Origin: Minisyncoccia bacterium
GTDB lineage: Bacteria; Patescibacteriota; Minisyncoccia; Phycocordibacterales; Phycocordibacteraceae
Length of the DNA stretch: 64,000 bases
Direction of reading: 5' to 3'
Assembly: GCA_050011835.1 (NCBI GenBank)
Contig: JBEKII010000002.1
Location: 76,173 to 140,172 of the forward strand
Part shown: piece by piece, positions 20,796 through 29,336 of the stretch
How positions within the stretch are numbered: the first letter of the stretch is position 1
Layout of the letters: every line of letters starts with the position of its first letter
Made by a program: the position numbers and the translations under genes
The notes under the pieces: model-generated
What the model was told of the DNA's origin: nothing
Database searches by the model: none
The model's input: only the letters and a program-made list of their open reading frames with translations

Positions 20796-21368
20796 ATGCC
20801 TGCAGAGCAACTCAATGTAGAATATCTTTTCCGTCTCATTTACGATTGTTTTCGTGGCTCGTGTTATGGGTCAATGAGCGGACTCTCTGCATGGCTCGCA
20901 CATCTCTGGCTCTGGATTATCGCTATTGGCTATACACTTTCGGTTATAGGGCTTTTCGTTATCGTCTATACGACAGTGCGCCTCTTTGAACTGCGCGCGC
21001 GAGAGGAGAAATATTATGGTACGGTCATTTCCGTTCCAGGTGCGAAAGGCGCCACAAATCCGCGCTGGAAGCATATTGAGTCGCTTGCAGACAGCGCGAG
21101 CGCGAGTGAGTGGCGTGAAGCGATTATTGAGGCCGATATCATGCTTGATGACCTGTTAGCGAGGCAGGGATATGTGGGCGACGGCATTGGCGAGAAGTTG
21201 AAGAGCGTTGAACCGACAGAATTCAAAACTCTCCAGGATGCGTGGGAGGCGCACAAAGTTCGCAACCAGATCGCGCACGAGGGTTCCGCTTTTGAACTCT
21301 CCGAGGTGCTCGCGCATCGCACCATTGCGCGCTATGGGAATGTCTTTCGCGAATTTAAGGAGATATAA
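20796..21368 (+). CDS. Hypothetical membrane protein
   Basis: Internal Met start (MPAEQLN...). Two TM helices followed by a soluble domain. No family recognised. Confidence 0.4.
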   Translation: MPAEQLNVEYLFRLIYDCFRGSCYGSMSGLSAWLAHLWLWIIAIGYTLSVIGLFVIVYTTVRLFELRAREEKYYGTVISVPGAKGATNPRWKHIESLADSASASEWREAIIEADIMLDDLLARQGYVGDGIGEKLKSVEPTEFKTLQDAWEAHKVRNQIAHEGSAFELSEVLAHRTIARYGNVFREFKEI

Positions 21369-21421
21369 AGTTGCGGAGCGTATTTAATAAGTATATTATT
21401 TATTTTGTTAGAAATTTATAT

Positions 21422-21492
21422 CGCGGGGTAGAGGAGAGGTACCTCGGGAGGCCCATAACCTCCAGACGCCGGTTCGATTCCGGCCCCCGCAA
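21422..21492 (+). tRNA. tRNA-Met(CAU)
   Basis: Acceptor CGCGGGG/CCCCGCA with a C1:A72 mismatch. T8A9. D-stem GAGG/CCTC. Anticodon stem GGAGG/CCTCC with loop CCCATAA. T-arm GCCGG-TTCGATT-CCGGC. Confidence 0.75.
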
Positions 21493-21575
21493 CACGGTTG
21501 TGAGTCAGTGTCAAGTACCGCCCCGCACCAGAAGTTTTGAAAAGTTGATACAGTACCGATAGGCATGAAGCTCCG
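21488..21575 (+). repeat. att-like core CAACACGGTTGTGA plus ~80-nt tail, copy 1; overlaps the tRNA-Met 3' end
   Basis: The same core and a related tail (..CAGTACCG..GTACTGTACCGA..) recur at 32572 and 34618. Degenerate cores occur at 24752 and 35848. Confidence 0.6.
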
Positions 21576-21585
21576 AAAAAACACA

Positions 21586-21615
21586 AAAGCCGCGACGTAC
21601 GTCGCGGCTTTTGTG
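21586..21615. terminator. Bidirectional terminator (perfect palindrome)
   Basis: aaaagccgcgacg-tac-gtcgcggctttt, lying between tRNA-Met (+) and the RT 3' end (-). Confidence 0.6.
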
Positions 21616-21632
21616 TTTGTCTAGCACACATG

Positions 21633-22715
<1,083 letters not shown>

Positions 22716-22717
22716 GT

Positions 22718-23068
22718 ATGAATGATGCCGATATTCCGATTCTGAAGAAAGCATATGATTTGTATCTCACCTTTCACACGTATCGGCGTGTCGTGCCCAA
22801 AGCCGAGCGATTCACCCTCTACGAACGTTGTGAGAACGCAATTCTCGATATGGTCGAAGCGATTCTTGAAGCCGGATACTCGAAGAGCGCACAGAAGATG
22901 ACAGTGCTCGAACGTGCAAGCGTGAAGCTCAATATCATTCGCTTTTTCATCCGCCTTTTGAAGGAAACTCGTTCCATCGATACGAAGAAATATGTGAAGC
23001 TCCAAGAAATGATTGATGAGATCGGTAGAATGCTCGGCGGATGGATACGATCGACGGATTCTCGATAA
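22718..23068 (+). CDS. avd: DGR accessory variability determinant (Avd; four-helix-bundle family)
   Basis: 116 aa. C-terminus EIGRMLGGWIRS resembles the Bordetella phage bAvd EVGRILGSWIAR. Placed adjacent to the RT. Confidence 0.75.
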   Translation: MNDADIPILKKAYDLYLTFHTYRRVVPKAERFTLYERCENAILDMVEAILEAGYSKSAQKMTVLERASVKLNIIRFFIRLLKETRSIDTKKYVKLQEMIDEIGRMLGGWIRSTDSR

Positions 23069-23109
23069 CAAACAGCGTCCGTCAGGACGCTGTTTGGGGT
23101 GAGAAGCGA

Positions 23110-23239
23110 CTTCGGAAGGAACGCCGATGCCGAACCATAGTTGTCGTTCGCATTGTCGATCCAGTTCGTGTTGAACTTGAGCCTGCCGTCGTTGAAGTTG
23201 AAGATCGGCGCGTTCGAGAACTCGGACTCGTCGCTCGGC
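23110..23239 (-). repeat. DGR template repeat (TR); sense strand is minus
   Basis: ~130 nt matching the 3' end of the target gene. Rich in AAC codons. Mismatches to the VR are mostly at TR adenines. Flanked by the perfect hairpin aaacagcgtcc-gtca-ggacgctgttt (23075-23105). Confidence 0.7.
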
Positions 23240-23675
23240 GTTTGCCCTCGCCCGTCCGTGGCACCGGAGCTTGAGACCGTCTCTCGCTCCTGAACTTTAT
23301 CCGGCGACACCGTATTAGCGGTTCGCCTTGGGCGAAGGCAAGCAGTATCTCCTCACCAAGGGCACGCTTGTGCAAATCGTGATCGGCACAACTCTGGCCC
23401 GGTTTCTCGAAGAGAAAGAGTTCGGCGACGGCCGTCCGTGGAGAACCGTGCATGAGCCTAGACTCGCTCATGAATATAGCAGATGCGGCGGAATCGCGGA
23501 ATTTGACTATTTATACCAGACGTGCTATCCTCTAGCCAGATTAAAAGTCCTTTCCAATCCAAGAATCACTGGGTATGAGACGAGCTTTTTGCGGCTTATT
23601 GCTAGGCCGTAGCAAGCTCGTCTCATACAGAGCCGCACGTCGGGGCGAATCCGGCAAAAAAGGAGAGCTAACGTT

Positions 23676-24582
23676 ATGAAAACGCTTACTCAAACTCAAG
23701 AACCAGCAACCGAAGGGCAGATCAAATCGATTGCGCGCGTAGGTTCGGACGCTGCCGACAAAGCCGTTCGCGATTATTTCGCAGCAAACCCAACGACCAA
23801 AGAAAATGCACAGCGCGGACATGCGAGCGGCGACCAACTCGCCGACGTAATCCGCACCGCCGTACAGTCCTGGCTCGCTGACACCGTCGTCTCCGACAAG
23901 TACAAGGACGAAGAAGTGGAATCCAGCTACGGCTATCTTTCCGGGTATATCAAGCCGAAAGATAGTGCCGACCAGCTCAAGATCCTGCACGAATACTTTC
24001 CGGAGCTGCCAAAGGGCGATTTGTCGCCGCTCGGCATCGCTGCAGAAAATGCAGAGGGTACTTTCATCATTCCGCACTGGTCGCTCGTTGCCAAAACCTA
24101 TCCTGAAGCGGTACAGAAAATCATCGTTGCACTCACCAAACAGCGTGGCGGCAAATTCCACAACTACCGCGATGGCGAGATTGACGCAGATCACATTCGC
24201 GAAACGACGCAAAAGATTGCGGCCATGCAACAGCTGCGTGACGCACAGAAGAGCGATCTGCTTCAGGTTCCTGCACAGTTCGGCATTCGCCATCGCGGAC
24301 GCTCAGTCCGCAGGGCACGCGAAATCTTCGCCGTCAACGAGTTCGGTCTCGGTGCCTGGGAAATCGGCTGTATGCTCCTCACCACCCATCCCGAGCGCCT
24401 CAACGACTACAACGACCTCTGGATCGATTGTGCTGGCGATGAGTTCAAGCCGAGCGACGAGTCCGAGTTCTCGCGCGCGCCGGTCTTCAGCTTCCGCGGC
24501 GGCAAGCCCATGTTCGGCGCTGGCGAGGTCGGCATTGCCAACGACGACTATGGCTCCGCATCGGCGTTCCTCCCGCAGTGAT
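23676..24582 (+). CDS. DGR target protein with a C-terminal variable region (C-type-lectin-like VR)
   Basis: 301 aa. Strong RBS aaggagag. The C-terminus ...SDESEFSRAPVFSFRGGKPMFGAGEVGIANDDYGSASAFLPQ matches the TR-encoded ...SDESEFSNAPIFNFNDGRLKFNTNWIDNANDNYGSASAFLPK. Confidence 0.75.
24450..24579 (+). repeat. DGR variable repeat (VR)
   Basis: Aligns to the TR over ~130 nt with 28 mismatches, 19 of them at TR adenines. Followed by the inverted repeat ctcgagtcc...ggctcgag (24591-24637). Confidence 0.7.
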
Positions 24583-24643
24583 TCTTGTATCTCGAGTCCT
24601 TGGCTCTTTTGTGTATTCTTGATCCTTGGGCTCGAGAAATTTT

Positions 24644-24680
24644 CGGGGCTGTCCATTGCGGATGGCCCCGATTTCTTTTT
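24644..24680 (+). terminator. Rho-independent terminator after the DGR target gene
   Basis: cggggctgtccat-tgcg-gatggccccg followed by atttcttttt. Confidence 0.55.
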
Positions 24681-24689
24681 ATTATGATG

Positions 24690-24770
24690 GGCGTCGGAAT
24701 CGAACTAAAAGTTCAAGCATCTAGGCCATAGAAAGTCCAGTTCGATTATGGACCCGGCAACAAGGTCAGA
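24690..24770. repeat. Island junction: two oppositely oriented tRNA-3'-end-like fragments, a 30-mer repeat, and a degenerate att core
   Basis: Minus strand: GTTCGATTCCGACGCCCATCA. Plus strand: AAGTCCAGTTCGATTATGGACCCGGCAACA, identical to 34595-34624, followed by aggtcagactg (degenerate CAACACGGTTGTGA). Confidence 0.55.
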
Positions 24771-26267
24771 CTGTCCAGCACGGAAGTCCTTAGATAGCTT
24801 GAATATGGGCGACAAAACAGCGGTGCCAAACAATCCGGTGGTTTTGTCGTACACGATGCCCTCTGGTAGCACCAATTTCTGCAATCGTTGCTTCTTTGCA
24901 GGGTTCGTTAGATCGAGCCACTGACGCGCCACATCGCGCACAAATTGCGTTCCATAGGCCAGTTGTATCTCAAGGTCTGCTTCGCTCGTCTGTGCCTCGT
25001 TCTTGGCGATTCTAAGCCCTGTGAGCTGGTTATCTAGCGAATCACGCATCTCGGTATATTCTTCTTTAGAAATCTCTTGGTTAACGCGCATAGTCAGTAG
25101 TCGTCGCTTCTGATTCTCCAAGTTGCCCAATCGGACGGCATAATGCTGTTTCTCCTGTCCCGCGCTTGTCTTGCGAGAGCGTATCTCGTCGAGCATCACT
25201 TGTTCAAACATACTGACAAACTTCTCGGTAGGCGTAATCCGCTTTAGGTAACCGTAGAACTTCTTTTCCAAAATATCCTTGGCGATATTATCTCTGTTGG
25301 TACAGGCCGAATTGTGGCAACGATAGTAGGGGTACTTTTTACCACTACGGCCTGTCTGCCAACTCGCGGTCATGAAAGATCCACAGGTACAGCGAATAGC
25401 CCCGCGTAACGGGAAATCGGGATGGTGTTTAAGGCGGAAACTGGTCGCGTTATTTGATAACCCGCGCTTCACGTTCTGAATGGCCCCGTATTCTTCAAGC
25501 GTAATCATCGGCTTGTGCAGTCCTCGATGTTCGTCGCCGCTCCACGGGTCAGTAAGGACTCCGGCATAGAACTTGTTTGTAAGTATTACGTTCCAGAGCT
25601 GTTTGCTCATCGGCTTACCGGTTCGCGTTTGTAAACCCCATTTATTACTCTCCTCGGCCAGTTGCGTGATGGTGTGCTGTCCGCCAGTATAAAGGCGTAA
25701 ACCCTTTTGAATGAGATAGAAACGCTCCTCATCTGGTTGATCCGGTAGAAGCTTGCGACGCTCCACTCTGTTCTTTGAGTTCGTATATCCTATTGGCGGC
25801 ATCCATGGCGAAATGCCATCGCGCAGACGCGCCCGCATACCGCCCTCGCATCGTTGCTTGCGTATATCGTTTTCAAATTGAGCATATCCGGCTAGCATCG
25901 CCTCAAGCATTTTTCCTACAGGCCCCTCGCTGATTATTTCTTCCGTAACTGAATGTAGAGAAGTGCCGTACTTGAGCAGTTGCGCTTGTAGCCCATAGTG
26001 GTCGGTCATGTTGCGAGCGAAGCGGTCGAGCTTCCAGACAATGAAGGCCTTTATCTCGTCCTTATGTTCCTTGCAGTAGTCGAGTGCCTTGATGAGTTCG
26101 GTGCGATTCGCGGCAGTAGCCGATTCGCCGCGCTCAATGAAAATCTTTGCCACCTTTAAGCCCTTATTTTCGGCATACTCTATACACGCACGCTCTTGGC
26201 TCTCCAAACTGGTGCCGTGGAGCTGGTCGTTAGAAGATACTCGACAGTATATGATTCCTTGGTTCAT
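24705..26267 (-). CDS. Large serine recombinase (integrase)
   Basis: 520 aa. N-terminal resolvase catalytic domain IYCRVSSNDQ...S...R, a recombinase domain, and a Cys-rich zinc-ribbon region (CTCGSF...CHNSAC). Its 3' end overlaps the 30-mer repeat. Confidence 0.85.
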   Translation of the reverse strand: MNQGIIYCRVSSNDQLHGTSLESQERACIEYAENKGLKVAKIFIERGESATAANRTELIKALDYCKEHKDEIKAFIVWKLDRFARNMTDHYGLQAQLLKYGTSLHSVTEEIISEGPVGKMLEAMLAGYAQFENDIRKQRCEGGMRARLRDGISPWMPPIGYTNSKNRVERRKLLPDQPDEERFYLIQKGLRLYTGGQHTITQLAEESNKWGLQTRTGKPMSKQLWNVILTNKFYAGVLTDPWSGDEHRGLHKPMITLEEYGAIQNVKRGLSNNATSFRLKHHPDFPLRGAIRCTCGSFMTASWQTGRSGKKYPYYRCHNSACTNRDNIAKDILEKKFYGYLKRITPTEKFVSMFEQVMLDEIRSRKTSAGQEKQHYAVRLGNLENQKRRLLTMRVNQEISKEEYTEMRDSLDNQLTGLRIAKNEAQTSEADLEIQLAYGTQFVRDVARQWLDLTNPAKKQRLQKLVLPEGIVYDKTTGLFGTAVLSPIFKLSKDFRAGQSDLVAGSIIELDFLWPRCLNF

Positions 26268-26497
26268 GGGGTTCCTTCGGTTAATGATACACCGGAAAGC
26301 GCGTCTCGTTTTCCATACCCGTCTTCTTTGCCAATGTCCAAAATCAATCCGGCGAGTTTATACATCTCGTCTCTAACAGCTGCAACCTCGGAATCACTCA
26401 TTGATTCGCTGGTTTCAGCGTCTAGATATTTCCGGCAATCTTGAACGTTGAGCATAGCTATCTCCTGTTTTCGCCCTCGGACATACACGGCATACAC
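26264..26497 (-). CDS. Small hypothetical protein upstream of the integrase (excisionase or regulator candidate)
   Basis: 77 aa, acidic. Its stop overlaps the integrase start (operon-like). Confidence 0.35.
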   Translation of the reverse strand: MYAVYVRGRKQEIAMLNVQDCRKYLDAETSESMSDSEVAAVRDEMYKLAGLILDIGKEDGYGKRDALSGVSLTEGTP

Positions 26498-26499
26498 AA

Positions 26500-26610
26500 A
26501 ATGATTTCAATGAGCATCTGTAAGGGCACTGTGAGTGTATGCGCCCGTGTATGCGCAAGTGTGGTGTATGAGGAGCATGCACTTGGAATCGATATACACG
26601 TTTCCATACA
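26500..26610. promoter_or_regulatory. Iteron-like cluster of TGTATG/CATACA motifs
   Basis: At least 7 copies in 110 bp (catacac, gtgtatgcgc x2, gtgtatgag, atatacacg, catacact), immediately upstream of the small-ORF/integrase operon. Confidence 0.45.
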
Positions 26611-28050
26611 CTAGGATTCTTTAACATCTCCCTCATTCGTTTCGGGAGTGCATGGTTGTGTAGGCACATCCTCGTTTGCGACAGAGAAGTACGCCTTGTA
26701 GACCGCATCGACCTGTTCTCGCTTGAAGCGGTAACGTGCAGCCCTGTTGCTTCTCGGAAGTTTTTCAGAAGAGAGATTGAATTTAGCGATGACTTTCCCA
26801 ACTTCAGCCGCCCGCTGTTTTTTTGTGATGCAGTCCTCATCAAACAGAAAGACGTCTACAGACTCAGAGATTTCAGATGGCGAAAGAACCATCTCATCCT
26901 GCTCGCCTAAGAGCTGGCGTGTGACCTCTATGATGGCTTGCTCCAGATCCGATACTTGGTATTCAGTGAAGTTGTATTGAGACAAGAATCGTTCCTTGGC
27001 TATTCGCTGGTCGTTTTCCGGTACTCCAAGTACAGAAAACATGACATCGAAAAGCATCCAGAGTTCCAGTTTCCTTGCAAAAAATGCAGGGTTGGTCTGT
27101 CGTTCATACTCAATCTTCTTCATTACATGCGTACCTACAGCAAACATAAAATGGCCAATCAACAATCGGTACAAAGCCCCTCTGGTCTCTTTCCATATAG
27201 GGCTCTCCTCATCAAGAGACTTGAAATTCTTTCTGCTACGCACCAACGAAATGACGATGCACCGGTCGCGCAAGTCTTCGGGGAGTTCTTTTATTGAGGC
27301 AAACGCCTTCGGACTATACGCTTGAAATTCCTCCAAATTCCAATTCTTGCCCTTATCGGCAACCATTTTTCGAATGTTGCCACCCCCACGCTTATAGGAA
27401 TCAGTGAGGATGTCGAGAAGGTCTTCCATGTAGAATGGTCTATTGAGAACATCGGCTTGATCCATGAGATATGTGCCTCGCAACGAATCAACCGTGTCTC
27501 GTAGCGCTGGGAGGCTTGCACGGGCTTTGGTGGCGTTGAAACAGACTTGGTTCAAGAAGCTCAAGCACTGGGTCTTTCCGGAGCCTTTTGGCGCTTTAAT
27601 GTGCAGATAGGGATACGCCGAGAACAGCGGAAAGAAATACGTTCCGATAGCCCATGTACACATAAGAATTACATCAGCCTCGTCAATATCCATGTGTTGT
27701 TTGAGGAGGCTTTTGAGACTCTCGAATATCTCTAGTGGCGCTTGTACTTTCTGACCCGTGAGAAAGGTTTTTAGGAACGCATCGAGTTCTTTTCTGCTCC
27801 ACCGGTGCGCGAGCTTGGCCAGCACTCTTTTCTTAGTGTCAATGTAGTATGTTTTATCTTTAATCGTGAAAGAGTTGCCGGTGATGGTAAAGGCCGATGT
27901 GGCGGTCGCAATAACGAAAAGCTCACTACCGTCTTTGTTAGCCTCCGGTTTGACTCTGAATCCGAGCACGAGAATGTCGTCCTTGATGTCGAGTGATGGG
28001 TGAAAGTTTATTTCCTCGTAGAAGTCAGTCTCGTTGCTTTGCGTTTCCAT
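26611..28050 (-). CDS. P-loop NTPase, likely a replication helicase/primase-associated protein (VirE/D5-like)
   Basis: 479 aa. Walker A KAPKGSGKTQ. Walker-B-like YLMDQAD. In island context. Confidence 0.5.
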   Translation of the reverse strand: METQSNETDFYEEINFHPSLDIKDDILVLGFRVKPEANKDGSELFVIATATSAFTITGNSFTIKDKTYYIDTKKRVLAKLAHRWSRKELDAFLKTFLTGQKVQAPLEIFESLKSLLKQHMDIDEADVILMCTWAIGTYFFPLFSAYPYLHIKAPKGSGKTQCLSFLNQVCFNATKARASLPALRDTVDSLRGTYLMDQADVLNRPFYMEDLLDILTDSYKRGGGNIRKMVADKGKNWNLEEFQAYSPKAFASIKELPEDLRDRCIVISLVRSRKNFKSLDEESPIWKETRGALYRLLIGHFMFAVGTHVMKKIEYERQTNPAFFARKLELWMLFDVMFSVLGVPENDQRIAKERFLSQYNFTEYQVSDLEQAIIEVTRQLLGEQDEMVLSPSEISESVDVFLFDEDCITKKQRAAEVGKVIAKFNLSSEKLPRSNRAARYRFKREQVDAVYKAYFSVANEDVPTQPCTPETNEGDVKES

Positions 28051-28062
28051 ATCAATTTAGTG

Positions 28063-28332
28063 TTAATTTCCATTTAATCTGTCGAGTAACTCGTTTCGCG
28101 CACGCTCGTAGAGATGCACCGGCACGAGTAATTCCGTGTCGTTTCGTTCACCGAATTTATATTTCTCAACTAGCTCCTCTAGGTAAGGTGAGAGCACGAA
28201 CGCAAACTCTTTTTTGCCCGAATCCGATACAACATTGATGCCTGCTATCTGCTGGTTTTTAGCGAATAAAAAGATAGCGAGTTTTAATGATGTGGTGCGG
28301 AGGTACCGCTCTTTATCTGTTCTTGATTTCAT
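28063..28332 (-). CDS. Hypothetical small protein (island)
   Basis: 89-aa ORF in operon arrangement with the ATPase. Confidence 0.35.
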   Translation of the reverse strand: MKSRTDKERYLRTTSLKLAIFLFAKNQQIAGINVVSDSGKKEFAFVLSPYLEELVEKYKFGERNDTELLVPVHLYERARNELLDRLNGN

Positions 28333-28476
28333 CTTTCAATTTTCTTACGAATCATGAATGATGCGAAGCGATTGTGGCCGATGGGAAAATCTAAAACACG
28401 GCTCAAATCATAAAGAAAATACCTGCGGAAGCAGGTCATATTTCACTCGCGTACAATCGACTGCGCTAAAACTACT

Positions 28477-29025
28477 TTATCGTGTGTTGTTAAAAATTAT
28501 TCCTTCGCCCTTTTTCGCTTCTATCAGAGGGCGATTCTCACTTGAGCTGTTTTCAATATTTTTCGCGTATCTGAAAAAACCATTCTGTTCGCTGGTCAAG
28601 TTAGTTCTTATTCTGGCATCTCTGTCACTTCCGTTTTTAGGAGCTATTTTTCTTCCCTTAATCCTTCGTTTTCTAAGAGCAGTCTCAATCTCTGCGTACG
28701 TTTTTTCTCCACCATCTGGCATAAGCTCGAATACAACATCAAAAACATTAAAATAGAGGGTGTTTCGGTTACCTATCGAAATAGAAGCTCCATTGTAATA
28801 ATAAGTCTTATCTACCTTGTCTACGATTCGATTGTCTTTGACTTTAAATCTATTTTCTAACTCCTTAATCCGCCTCTCATGTCCGTCAACCATATCTAAT
28901 CTTGCTTCAATCATTGCTATATGTAGGGCTTTACTGTGAGGGGTGCCGTAAAGAGCATCAAAAAGCAAGTGACGCCTCTTGCGTTTTAGATCCCCCTCAT
29001 TTACTGAAATATTCTTATTCTCCAT
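28477..29025 (-). CDS. Hypothetical protein (island)
   Basis: 182-aa ORF. No recognisable motif. Confidence 0.4.
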   Translation of the reverse strand: MENKNISVNEGDLKRKRRHLLFDALYGTPHSKALHIAMIEARLDMVDGHERRIKELENRFKVKDNRIVDKVDKTYYYNGASISIGNRNTLYFNVFDVVFELMPDGGEKTYAEIETALRKRRIKGRKIAPKNGSDRDARIRTNLTSEQNGFFRYAKNIENSSSENRPLIEAKKGEGIIFNNTR

Positions 29026-29149
29026 ATCAATCTCAATGCAATTATCTCATATTTTGCGCCATATTTCAAGCGTTTTGTACACATGTGAGCGTCATGAACT
29101 TTGATGGTGCTAGCAAGATTACTACTACCTGCTACACTAACCTCGTAAA

Positions 29150-29300
29150 CCGAATATGTGCCTAAACCCTCGGTAACGAGGGCATGGCGAGAGGCCCTGT
29201 AGAGATCAGAAAACCCATCATGTGGGACTGTCTCTACAGGCCGTAGCGGGAAACCGTTATGGAGGGCGCAAGCCCTCACCCATGTGGTGGGTTTTCTGCG
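29150..29300 (+). ncRNA. Candidate structured RNA or cis-regulatory leader with three GNRA-capped hairpins
   Basis: ccctcg-GTAA-cgaggg. ggccctgtagaga...tctctacaggcc (13-bp stem). cgg-GAAA-ccg. gagggc-GCAA-gccctc. Strand is uncertain. Confidence 0.3.
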
Positions 29301-29336
29301 TAAACACAAACTCTCCTCTGGCTTTAATAGATTGAG

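Noticed and set aside
20129-20839. 236-aa ORF antisense within gatA
   Set aside because: It lies entirely inside the well-supported gatA amidase gene on the opposite strand, and shows no motif.
22819-23310. 163-aa minus-strand ORF
   Set aside because: It is the TR read in its sense frame running antisense through avd. It is not an independent gene. Its C-terminal similarity to the target protein is the TR/VR relationship.
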